Positions 55,639 through 64,000 of a DNA stretch of 64,000 nucleotides are shown here, piece after piece; position 1 is the first letter of the stretch; every line of letters starts with the position of its first letter. The stretch comes from Candidatus Poribacteria bacterium. Lineage in GTDB: Bacteria; Poribacteria; WGA-4E; PCPOR2b. Under the pieces are notes generated by a model. That model was not told the DNA's origin, did no database searches, and saw nothing but the letters and a program-made list of their open reading frames with translations. The DNA lies in the NCBI GenBank assembly GCA_965208325.1, contig OZ242326.1, positions 4,320,001-4,384,000 of the forward strand, written 5' to 3'. The translations under genes and the position numbers were made by a program.

Positions 55639-57546
55639 CTACTTGCTTACCCTCTGCCTAGCTTGCCGAATGGCATCAAGGCCCTGCTGATACGTTGCGT
55701 TCTCGGGCTGCAGCGTCAGCGCTTTCTGAATTGCGTCTTCTGCCCTCCCGTAGTCTTTCGTGCGGTATAACAACCAAGACAGCGTATTCAGATGTTCCGC
55801 CGCGTTGGGTTGAAGTTTGACGGCTTCTCGCGCGAGTTCCACCGCCCTGTCAAGGTGGATGTCCTGGGCGCCGTATAGATGCGCCAGCCGTTCGTAGGCG
55901 TGCGCAAATGAGGTACCTAGAGCAACTGCCCGTTCAAATGCCCGCACAGCTTCGTCGTTCCGACTTTGCGCCGCATGGATTGTGCCCAAAAAGTAGTATG
56001 CATCTGCCATGTCCGGTTGACGCCTCAGCGCCGCATTCAAGTTATTTGCCCCGTCATCTAACCGTCCTTCCCGGACAGCGATGACACCGAGGATGTAATG
56101 CGGTTCAGCAAGCTCGGGGTCGCTGGCAGTGACCAGTTTATAGTGGTGAACCGCTTGTTGAACCAGTCCTTGGCGCAAGTAGACGCGGGCCAGCCCCAGA
56201 AAAACCTTTGGGTCGCTTAACCCGAACGACAGCAGTTTTTCAAATGCCGTTTGAGCTTCTTTAAAACGGGATAGTTGAAAGGCGATATTGCCCACGTTCT
56301 GCCACGATTCTACAGAGTCGGGTTCAAATTCCAGCGCTTTTCGATACGCCGAAAGGGCGCGGCCGTAAGCCGCAGCATCTTTGGATGCCTGCGCTTTCTT
56401 AAACCAGATTAATCCCAAACCCCGGTGCACGGCAGCCGACTCCGGTTCCAATTCAACTGCGCGTTGCTGCGCCGTAATCGCGTCGTCAAGTTTGCCGCGC
56501 ATCGTATAAACATGCGCCAACCCCTTATGTGCTTCCGTCGAGTTTGGATAGTGCGCCACGGCTTTTTGGAACTGTTTTATTGCTTCTGCATAAATTTTGT
56601 CCCGATTGGGTTCCCACCCAGGCTGCGCGGCGAGTGCATCGGCTTGTGCCATGCTCTTGAGGCCTGCGTCTATAGCATCATTTGCTGTCAACTGCCCTTT
56701 TATCCGCCGATACCGCTGCATCTCGGATTCGGCTTCCGCTGTTCTCCCTTGCTTAAAATACAACAGTCCCAACTGATAGTACGCGCTTTCCATCTGAGCG
56801 TCAATGCGAATAGCTTCGCGGAAAGCAGCCTCCGCGCCATTCTCCTGTTCCTTTGAGAGATTTACCATACCAAGTTGGAAATAGACTTTGGCGAGCGGCG
56901 GCCCCAAATTTATCGCGCGTCCGAAATGTTCGGCAGCTTGGTCAACCCTGCCCTGTTCAAATGCGATTCGCCCAAGAAAGTAAATCACATGCGCGGGCAG
57001 CAGCGCATCCACGCCATACGCGCCTAATCCCGCTTGAGGCGAGGACGGTGCAGTACGGTATTTCGGCGCGTCCGGCGACACCATCAGTGCGAAGGCCTTT
57101 TCGAATTCGGCGATTGCGCGATCATAATCATGGCGCTGAAAGTGAACCATTCCCAGCTGCGCGTGAGCCTGGTCCCAATCTGGGAAGAGCTGAATAGCTC
57201 GCTCAAGCACGGGTATCGCCCGCTCATATTCTTCTCGCAGGTAGTAGATGCCGCCCAAGCGGTGGTAGATACTGGCATCTTCTGAATCTAACCGAAGCGC
57301 GTTTGAAAAAGCCGCTTCCGCTTCGTCTGTCGCATCAAGCGACAGGTACGCCAATCCCAGATTCAAATGGGCTTCGGCCGAGTCGGGGTTTTCATCGACC
57401 GCCTTTTTGTACGGAGCGACCGCTTGCGACAACCCGAATGCCGCATCTTGGGGCTGTGAAACCGTGCACAGTCCAATTAGCATGACCGAAATAAAACCCG
57501 CAAAAGCGAAACTCCGGCTTGTTCGCGGAAGGAAGCAGGTAATCAA
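55639..57546 (-). CDS. Exported tetratricopeptide-repeat protein
   Basis: N-terminal hydrophobic segment; many A...LG..Y TPR units. Confidence 0.88.
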   Translation of the reverse strand: MITCFLPRTSRSFAFAGFISVMLIGLCTVSQPQDAAFGLSQAVAPYKKAVDENPDSAEAHLNLGLAYLSLDATDEAEAAFSNALRLDSEDASIYHRLGGIYYLREEYERAIPVLERAIQLFPDWDQAHAQLGMVHFQRHDYDRAIAEFEKAFALMVSPDAPKYRTAPSSPQAGLGAYGVDALLPAHVIYFLGRIAFEQGRVDQAAEHFGRAINLGPPLAKVYFQLGMVNLSKEQENGAEAAFREAIRIDAQMESAYYQLGLLYFKQGRTAEAESEMQRYRRIKGQLTANDAIDAGLKSMAQADALAAQPGWEPNRDKIYAEAIKQFQKAVAHYPNSTEAHKGLAHVYTMRGKLDDAITAQQRAVELEPESAAVHRGLGLIWFKKAQASKDAAAYGRALSAYRKALEFEPDSVESWQNVGNIAFQLSRFKEAQTAFEKLLSFGLSDPKVFLGLARVYLRQGLVQQAVHHYKLVTASDPELAEPHYILGVIAVREGRLDDGANNLNAALRRQPDMADAYYFLGTIHAAQSRNDEAVRAFERAVALGTSFAHAYERLAHLYGAQDIHLDRAVELAREAVKLQPNAAEHLNTLSWLLYRTKDYGRAEDAIQKALTLQPENATYQQGLDAIRQARQRVSK

Positions 57547-57612
57547 GAACTAACCTCATTTTTGTGGATGAATTAAATCACTATGGATAAATAGCGTAGG
57601 GGCTAGGAATTT

Positions 57613-58665
57613 TCAGTCTCGCGGCCCTAAATTTTTTATCCATCCCCACGTAAGCGGGCGCTTGTCAGCAGGCTCAACATCGAATGGCGGCGCTGGAAAT
57701 GCGGGGTCGAACCAAGCTGGAGACCGGGCGCGCCTGCCTTTATCTAGCACAAGAATCTGTAAGAAATTTTTCGCCGCCTTGAGGTCCGCTTCGAGCGTTT
57801 CTCCAACGCCAAGCTCGTCGATTGCGTGGTAAAGGAAGATGCCTTGCGGGAATGACAGGGAGGCGATGCTTTTGCCGTCTGGAGACCATGTAGCATCCTT
57901 CTTCTCCTCGGTGCTCTTTACCCACCGCTGATTTTCGCCATCCGAATCAATGATGTAGATGTCACCCGTGCCGTCTCGCCGAGATACCCACGCCAATGTT
58001 TCACCGTCAGGCGACCACCTCGGTTGAATATCCTGGCCTTTATGATTGGTGATATTCTGCAGATTTTCGCCTTTCGAATCCATCACATAGATATCTGCAA
58101 TCGTGCGGCCTCGCTTGGTCGAAAACGCAATCTTTCGCCCGTCAGGCGACCAAGACGGGTCAATATCGGGCGCAGCGTCTGCTGTGAGGTTTCCGCCGAC
58201 ATTGCCTTGCGCCGTCATGGTGTAGATTTCAAAATTCCCGTCACGGTTGGTGGCGAACGCCAGTTTTTGACCGCTCGGATGCCACGTGGGCGAGCTGTCT
58301 TCCGCCTCATGCTCGGTAAGCCTCCGCAAATTTTTCCCGTCGGCGTTCACGGAATATACGTCAATGTTGTCCTTCAAGTTAGTATGGAAAGCCAACATTT
58401 CACCGGTTGGGGACCATACCAAGCCCGCCGGCACCGGCTCGCCGTCAATTTCTAATACCAAGAAAGGAGGGTTTACACCTGCCGGATCCATTGACCAGAT
58501 GCCTACTTCGCCCGCCACACCGTCGGTGCCCACGACTATCGTTGGCACCATTGGTGCTTGAGCCTGCCCGCTCTGGAGCGGAGCAATACAGTTTATGAGA
58601 AGCACGCCGATGAACACGACCGGCATGAATATGTCCCGGATCTGAAGGTTTTGTCGGATTTGCAT
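57613..58665 (-). CDS. TolB-like (PD40-repeat) beta-propeller exported protein
   Basis: Third paralogue; GAGGTG RBS; C-terminal VEPADKRPLTWGWIK. Confidence 0.85.
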   Translation of the reverse strand: MQIRQNLQIRDIFMPVVFIGVLLINCIAPLQSGQAQAPMVPTIVVGTDGVAGEVGIWSMDPAGVNPPFLVLEIDGEPVPAGLVWSPTGEMLAFHTNLKDNIDVYSVNADGKNLRRLTEHEAEDSSPTWHPSGQKLAFATNRDGNFEIYTMTAQGNVGGNLTADAAPDIDPSWSPDGRKIAFSTKRGRTIADIYVMDSKGENLQNITNHKGQDIQPRWSPDGETLAWVSRRDGTGDIYIIDSDGENQRWVKSTEEKKDATWSPDGKSIASLSFPQGIFLYHAIDELGVGETLEADLKAAKNFLQILVLDKGRRARSPAWFDPAFPAPPFDVEPADKRPLTWGWIKNLGPRD

Positions 58666-58817
58666 GGTTATCACCTCATCGTGTTGGTTAAGGTTAATGG
58701 ACAATCGCTAAGAGAATCCGGGAAGACGAATTCCTCGGCGCATTTACGCTCGGTATTGCCTGTGAAAACTCGACCGGTTTTTAGCTTGTTGAAACACGCG
58801 GTGAAGGCGGTTAAATA

Positions 58818-60563
58818 TTACTCACGACTCGACTCGGTAACGACAATCTCCTGATTAACCGTTACTTTTTCTAGGATTTGAACAATGCCGCTCGGCCAAT
58901 GAATTTCAAGGCGATCCACAATGGAATTATCGCCGAGACCAAAGTGGCAGCGCGGATCATTGCTGCACATTATACTTGACCCCGCACGCACCTCTTGAAC
59001 CCAAGACTGGGTACCCGCCGTCAAAGTCAGCCGCGCGCCGATGCCGCCGCGATTGCTAAGGACGCCCGCGAGTTTTACCCGCAACCAGTTTTTTTGATTG
59101 CCGCCTTCGTTGCGGAGTAACTGCGCTGCCTGATTCACCTGGGTCGTGACGATATCGCAATCGCCGTCGTTGTCATAATCTCCAAATATCGCGCCGCGGC
59201 TGACGCTCGGTTCATGAAAATATTTTCCCGAACTGAATGAAACTTCCCTGAACGTCCCGTCGCCTTTGTTATGAAACAGTTGATTTCGCTGCGCGTAAGT
59301 TAGAATGTCCGTTACCTGCGCTATATTGTCGATAATATGTCCGTTCGCGATAAAAATATCCAGATATCCATCGTTATCATAGTCGAAAAAGCGCGTACCA
59401 AATCCGACAAATAGAAAACTTTCATCACCGAGATGTGCGCCGTAGATTACATCGGAAAACGTACCATCCCCGTTGTTCTGGTAAAGCGCGTTCGTTTCAT
59501 AGGAAAGGTTGGTGACAAAGATGTCTAGATATCCGTCGCCGTTATAGTCGCCGGCATCAACCCCCATTCCCGCCTGCGCTACGCCGTTGAAGCTATAGGC
59601 GCAGCCCGCCAATAGCCCCGTCTCGGTAAACGTACCGTCCCCGTTGTTGTAGTAAAGGTAGTTCGGCGTATCGTCGTTTGCTACATAAATGTCAGCTTCG
59701 CCGTCGTTATTGAAATCTGCCGCGACGACACCCAAACCCTTCCCACTGTGCGGTCCTTCAGCTACTTTGAAACCTGCCTCCTCGGTGACGTTCGTGAATG
59801 TACCGTCTCCGTTGTTGCGGAAAAACTGATCGGGCGCGCCGTCGAAGTTTTTTGGGTGGCACAAAATGCGGATCCCGTCAACTTCACAAGGTGCATGCGG
59901 CACATCCAACGAATACCGCAAGTAATTCACAACGTAGAGGTCGAGGTCGCCGTCGCGGTCGTAATCAAGAAATGCGGCGCTGCTGCCCCACATCGGGTCC
60001 CCTACCCCTGCGGTTTCCGTGACATTGGTAAAGCTGCCGCCGCCGTTGTTCCGATAGAGCACATTGGCGCCGAAATTCGTTACGTATAAATCTGGATCGC
60101 CGTCATTATCGTAATCGCCGCACGCAGCGCCGACGCCGTAATTTCCGACATTGCCGGCGCCCGAATCGCTTGTCACATCCGTAAATGTGCTATCGCCGTT
60201 GTTGCGGTAGAGAGCGCATGTGACCGTACTTTCTCGTCCTTCGCCCGGTAATTCGCCGCTGTTCACGAGATACAAATCGAGGTCGCCGTCGTTGTCATAG
60301 TCAAGAAACGCTCCGCCGGCACCGAGTTGTTCGGGCAGATGGTAACCGCCTTTCGCCCCGTTTTGATGCCGAAAATGAATCCCCGCCTCCGCGGTAGCAT
60401 CAATGAACTTAATCTGTTCCCCAACGGCAAAGGCGTTGAGGCATATCATCATGAACGCCGTTGCCGCCGATAAACGAGTTAGATTCGTGACGAAAAACTC
60501 CGATTGACTATGGTTGATTGTCGATGTCCTTTGCCAGCCTAAATCCGATAAAACTTGTCCCAA
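58818..60563 (-). CDS. CRTAC1-family FG-GAP/VCBS repeat protein with ASPIC/UnbV C-terminal domain (start uncertain)
   Basis: Repeated DYDNDGDLDLY and NNGDGTF; C-terminal GIGAR...HFGLG...IHWPSG. Confidence 0.9.
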   Translation of the reverse strand: MGQVLSDLGWQRTSTINHSQSEFFVTNLTRLSAATAFMMICLNAFAVGEQIKFIDATAEAGIHFRHQNGAKGGYHLPEQLGAGGAFLDYDNDGDLDLYLVNSGELPGEGRESTVTCALYRNNGDSTFTDVTSDSGAGNVGNYGVGAACGDYDNDGDPDLYVTNFGANVLYRNNGGGSFTNVTETAGVGDPMWGSSAAFLDYDRDGDLDLYVVNYLRYSLDVPHAPCEVDGIRILCHPKNFDGAPDQFFRNNGDGTFTNVTEEAGFKVAEGPHSGKGLGVVAADFNNDGEADIYVANDDTPNYLYYNNGDGTFTETGLLAGCAYSFNGVAQAGMGVDAGDYNGDGYLDIFVTNLSYETNALYQNNGDGTFSDVIYGAHLGDESFLFVGFGTRFFDYDNDGYLDIFIANGHIIDNIAQVTDILTYAQRNQLFHNKGDGTFREVSFSSGKYFHEPSVSRGAIFGDYDNDGDCDIVTTQVNQAAQLLRNEGGNQKNWLRVKLAGVLSNRGGIGARLTLTAGTQSWVQEVRAGSSIMCSNDPRCHFGLGDNSIVDRLEIHWPSGIVQILEKVTVNQEIVVTESSRE

Positions 60564-61371
60564 CCGCCGGGTGGTGTCCCATGCGTGTAATGCACCGAGC
60601 TAACTGCGGCCCATTTGCCCATGACCCGCCCCGCACCACGCGCCGACTGCCCACATCAGGACCCGCCGGGTTTTCGGTAGGGCTGCGATAGTAATAAGAT
60701 TCAGAAAACCAATCTGCGACCCACTCCCAGACATTGCCGCCCATATCGTATACGCCGTACGGGCTTGCGCCAGTCGGAAATTTCCCGACAGGCGCCAAGA
60801 CGTTGTCATATCCGTCTCGCCCATTCCACACATTTGCGTGGACATTTGCGCCGCGTATCGAAACGAAGAAGGCATTCCCCCACGGCCAAACACGTTGGTC
60901 GGTTCCCCGAGACGCTTTCTCCCACTCCGCTTCGGTGGGCAGCCGCTTATTCGCCCATTTGGCATACGCGTCCGCTGCGGCCCAAGAAATACCCACAACG
61001 GGATAGTTCGGCTTGGACTGCGCAATCTCGGGCCAATCCCCCAGTCCGACCTCCTCGCCGTAACTGACTGGAGTGTGCTTACTGCGCTCTCCGCCATCCG
61101 ACATCCAGAAGGCAAAATAATCCGCGTTGGTGACCTCGTGTTTGTCGATGTAATAAGCGTCAATCGAAATCTGGTGCGCTGGTTTCGCGCCAATTCCCCC
61201 GGCATCGTCGCCCATGGTAAATTCACCGCCCGGTATCAACACCATCCCGCCGGGCGGGGTCAATGGACGCGGCGTTTCGGCCCCCTCGGCGTGCCCATGG
61301 GTTATCGGGAGATGCAGGACAGCCCAGAAGAAACAGAATAGATTGAAGGATAAACGGCAGTTTGCTGACAT
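60508..61371 (-). CDS. SUMF1/FGE-sulfatase domain protein
   Basis: IPGGEFTMG, EVTN, RLPTEAEWEKA, DMGGNVWEW, RGGSW and GFR. Confidence 0.9.
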   Translation of the reverse strand: MSANCRLSFNLFCFFWAVLHLPITHGHAEGAETPRPLTPPGGMVLIPGGEFTMGDDAGGIGAKPAHQISIDAYYIDKHEVTNADYFAFWMSDGGERSKHTPVSYGEEVGLGDWPEIAQSKPNYPVVGISWAAADAYAKWANKRLPTEAEWEKASRGTDQRVWPWGNAFFVSIRGANVHANVWNGRDGYDNVLAPVGKFPTGASPYGVYDMGGNVWEWVADWFSESYYYRSPTENPAGPDVGSRRVVRGGSWANGPQLARCITRMGHHPAVGTSFIGFRLAKDIDNQP

Positions 61372-61382
61372 CGTAACGGGTT

Positions 61383-62621
61383 CTATTTTTCAGTTGTGAG
61401 ACGCTGATAGACGCGGTATTCCTCTTGCGCCTTGGCGGTGTCTCCTGCGAATTCATAGGTTTTCGACAGATTCAAGCGAAAACGCGGTTCGGAAGGATCC
61501 AAATGAATCGCATTTTGATAGGCTTCAATGGCTTGGCGATATTCCGTCATCATCAAATAAACACTGCCGAGACCGTTATGATACGCCGCAACATCAGGGC
61601 GGCGCTTTACAACTTCCTGGTATGCCTTCAATGCGCGCCCGTAGGCTTTCAATCGAAAATAGACGAATCCTAAGGCTTCATAGCTCCGCACAGATTCAGG
61701 GTCGAGCGCGATGCACTTTTCAAAGGCGAAGACAGCGGCGCCCCATTGCGCCCGTCCCACTTGGAGGCGGCCCAATGCATACCAGGCATCCCGGTTCGCC
61801 GCATCGCCGCCTACGATGCGCTGCAAACGCTCAATCTCTTCCCCTTCTTGCGTCAGCCGTTGAAAGGTTTCTAACGCCTCTGCCGCCTCCTCCGACAAGC
61901 CCATGCGGTGGTAGCAGTTGCCGAGGTTCAAGTATGCCTTGGCATTGAACGGATCTTGTTCGATTATCCGTTGGAAGAGTGTGCTCGCCGCTTCAAATTC
62001 TCCGCGCTGGAAATAAGCCAATCCGAGCGTATAATACGATTCCAATCGCGAAGGGTCGAGTTCTGCGGCGCGCCGGAGTTCGTGAATCGATTTATCCAGG
62101 CGTTGCTGCCGGAAGTAGGCTAAACCTAAAAGCCGTCGGCTCTCTGCATGATGCGGATCCATTTCGACCGCTTTCTGCAGCGGCGGAATTGCCTTCGACA
62201 CCTGCGCCAACACCTTTAGGTAAGTATCGCCTAATTTGTAATGGGCTTCGATGTAGTCCGGGTCGGTTATTGCGGCTTGTTGAAATGCACGCGTTGCGCT
62301 TTGCCACTTCTGTTGCGACCCGTAGACCATCCCCAAGTAATAGTGTGCGTCAGCGAGCGACGAATCCAGTTCTACGGCGCGTTGAAACGCTGCCTCCGCC
62401 TTATCATAATCTCGATGAAATATAGCCCGCTGCCCTTCGTCGTAGGCGCGAAGCGCCTGGTGGGCATCGGATTTCGCATGTGACGCTGCTATAGCGCGGA
62501 AGGTCAGCGCTAAAAAAAACACGCCAACCAGAATTGGTGTGTTCAGCGTAATTAGACCACTTTTCATAACATCGCAAAATGCGAATAGATAGGGGAAAAC
62601 CCGCCATGCGTAAGTGCACAC
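61383..62621 (-). CDS. Exported tetratricopeptide-repeat protein (true start probably ~62567)
   Basis: Signal-like segment followed by tandem TPRs. Confidence 0.85.
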   Translation of the reverse strand: MCTYAWRVFPYLFAFCDVMKSGLITLNTPILVGVFFLALTFRAIAASHAKSDAHQALRAYDEGQRAIFHRDYDKAEAAFQRAVELDSSLADAHYYLGMVYGSQQKWQSATRAFQQAAITDPDYIEAHYKLGDTYLKVLAQVSKAIPPLQKAVEMDPHHAESRRLLGLAYFRQQRLDKSIHELRRAAELDPSRLESYYTLGLAYFQRGEFEAASTLFQRIIEQDPFNAKAYLNLGNCYHRMGLSEEAAEALETFQRLTQEGEEIERLQRIVGGDAANRDAWYALGRLQVGRAQWGAAVFAFEKCIALDPESVRSYEALGFVYFRLKAYGRALKAYQEVVKRRPDVAAYHNGLGSVYLMMTEYRQAIEAYQNAIHLDPSEPRFRLNLSKTYEFAGDTAKAQEEYRVYQRLTTEK

Positions 62622-62713
62622 GACGGGATTTTCCCGAATTCAAATTCAATCAGAGCGCCGCGAATTGCTAACGGCCAACAATACTAGCGTCGCTGCAGTT
62701 GAGGTTAAATTAG

Positions 62714-63595
62714 CTATCTGCGGGTTTTTATATCCCCCCATGTTGTGGACAGTTTTTCAACCGGTGCAACACCGAGCGCAGTCGTAACGCCAAGCCCATC
62801 ATTCATGATGGCAGCGATTTCTTCTCCGCTCAAAACCCGGCTGAATACCCCGATATCGTCCACTGTAACCTGTGCGGAAGAGCCATACCTGCCGCAAATA
62901 TGCCACGGACCGTGTTCATTGGTCCGAACAAACGGCTCCGTTCCGGGACCGCGATTAACAATTTTACCATTCTGGTATATCACTGTCTCTTTACCATTTC
63001 CCGTAAAGGCGTAGTGGTTCATCTCGTCGCCGTTTGCGGGGAACCACCAACGATGGTCCAGGCGAGGCTTGCCGTATTGCCACAGGACAAACTCGCCCTC
63101 GCCATCATCCCACGGAAAGTGAACCAGAATTCGGTTGTCCCACGGCCCGCCGGGTTCAAATGAGAAGAGATCTTTTTGGGCAAAGGTGCCGATTTTGTCG
63201 TTTCGCTGCACCCATGCGGTTATTGTAATCTCTGTCTCCTTGGGAAGATTGCCGGCATCCGCTTCGTCTTCGTCAGGCCCTAACCGCTCATCCTTGATGA
63301 AGTTTGGGACTATGATAACGCTGCCCTCGCCTTCACATTTCAGAGCCGTGCCGAATTTGCCGTCAACCCACGACGGCCTTAGCGCATCGCTGTCAGGACG
63401 ATTACCTTGCAGCCTGCCGTCCATGTCGTGGGGGTTGCCCGACGCGTCATTGGCAGTGACTCCTTCCCCCTCATCAAATAGCCAAACGGCAATAATGTCG
63501 TCGGGGTCGAGTGCGGCATGAGTCGGGGCTGTCACCATAATCCCGAACAATGAAACGGCGCTGACGCATACCAGCGTTCTTAGCATGAGTTTCAA
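62714..63595 (-). CDS. LamG-like jellyroll domain exported protein with C-terminal TTWG.IK motif
   Basis: W.FDEGEG..A.DASGN, W.DGKFGTAL and DDIGVFSRVLS; GGAGG RBS ~9 nt before TTG 63595. Confidence 0.85.
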   Translation of the reverse strand: MKLMLRTLVCVSAVSLFGIMVTAPTHAALDPDDIIAVWLFDEGEGVTANDASGNPHDMDGRLQGNRPDSDALRPSWVDGKFGTALKCEGEGSVIIVPNFIKDERLGPDEDEADAGNLPKETEITITAWVQRNDKIGTFAQKDLFSFEPGGPWDNRILVHFPWDDGEGEFVLWQYGKPRLDHRWWFPANGDEMNHYAFTGNGKETVIYQNGKIVNRGPGTEPFVRTNEHGPWHICGRYGSSAQVTVDDIGVFSRVLSGEEIAAIMNDGLGVTTALGVAPVEKLSTTWGDIKTRR

Positions 63596-63785
63596 TTTGC
63601 ATTTCCTCCATCTACAGCCGGTACGGTATAGGATGGCCGAATGCTGCCGCTGTAGAAAAACCCATCCCGTATACCTGTACACGGCGAGTTTTTCAAATAT
63701 TGAATCTACATACAACGGCGCCAGTTGCTAAACTGCAAGCAAAACACCACTCGCGCCGTTGTGGTTATGGGTAGAAATCTCTTAG

Positions 63786-64000
63786 CTAATTTTTGGTTTT
63801 TATCACCCCCCATGTTGTTGATATTTTTTCATCCGGTTGAACATCAAGAGCCGCCGCGGCGGCAAGCCCGTCGAGCATGATAGATGCAATTTCACCTTGG
63901 GTCAATACCCGGCTAAATACGCCGATGTCGTCCACTGTAACCTGAGCGGAAGAGCCAAACCTGCCGCAAATATGCCATGGACCGTGTTCATCGGTCCGAA
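63786..64000 (-). CDS. 3' end of a second, closely related LamG-like paralogue (truncated by window edge)
   Basis: My translation gives RTDEHGPWHICGRFGSSAQVTVDDIGVFSRVLTQGEIASIMLDGLAAAAALDVQPDEKISTTWGVIKTKN*; not in the ORF track. Confidence 0.85.
   Translation of the reverse strand, partial: RTDEHGPWHICGRFGSSAQVTVDDIGVFSRVLTQGEIASIMLDGLAAAAALDVQPDEKISTTWGVIKTKN

Noticed and set aside
51647..58665. Call as tolB of a Tol-Pal operon
   Set aside because: No TolB N-terminal domain and no tolQ, tolR or pal nearby; three paralogues with a distinct tail
60508..61371. Call as formylglycine-generating enzyme
   Set aside because: The catalytic Cys pair is absent and there is no adjacent sulfatase

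Overview
This is a bacterial window with no CRISPR array, rRNA, tRNA, transposase, integrase or reverse transcriptase that I could recognise. The gene content most resembles Candidatus Poribacteria or a similar host-associated diderm; this is an inference from secreted WD40, TolB-like and LamG families and the FG-GAP/ASPIC-TPR-SUMF1 clusters. The left part (1-24.5 kb) holds SurA-like, DoxX, REP-flanked DprA-like and TonB-like vWA genes. It also has a four-gene TatT-type TRAP operon, MATE, a methyltransferase, a TPR-metalloprotease, two dehydrogenases and a LolA/LolCDE-like operon interrupted by a YoeB toxin-antitoxin pair. The middle (24.8-40.3 kb) is a PyrR-attenuated operon (HD-domain gene, pyrR, pyrC, carA, carB; no pyrB), followed by long-form GAPDH, rsmB, an orphan sugar ABC ATPase, a dehydrogenase, a large membrane protein and a REP mosaic array. 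The right part (40.4-64 kb) is all minus strand. It carries a hexaheme cytochrome c, four tandem secreted WD40 proteins with FlgD-Ig/T9SS-like tails behind a sigma54 promoter, three TolB-like propellers, DUF4159, TPR, FG-GAP/ASPIC, SUMF1-like and two LamG paralogues. The strongest novel signal is an identically spaced 15-aa motif, VxPxxxxx[TL][TS][WL][GS]x[IV]K, shared by nine predicted exported proteins of three families. It is a candidate lineage-specific sorting or anchoring signal.
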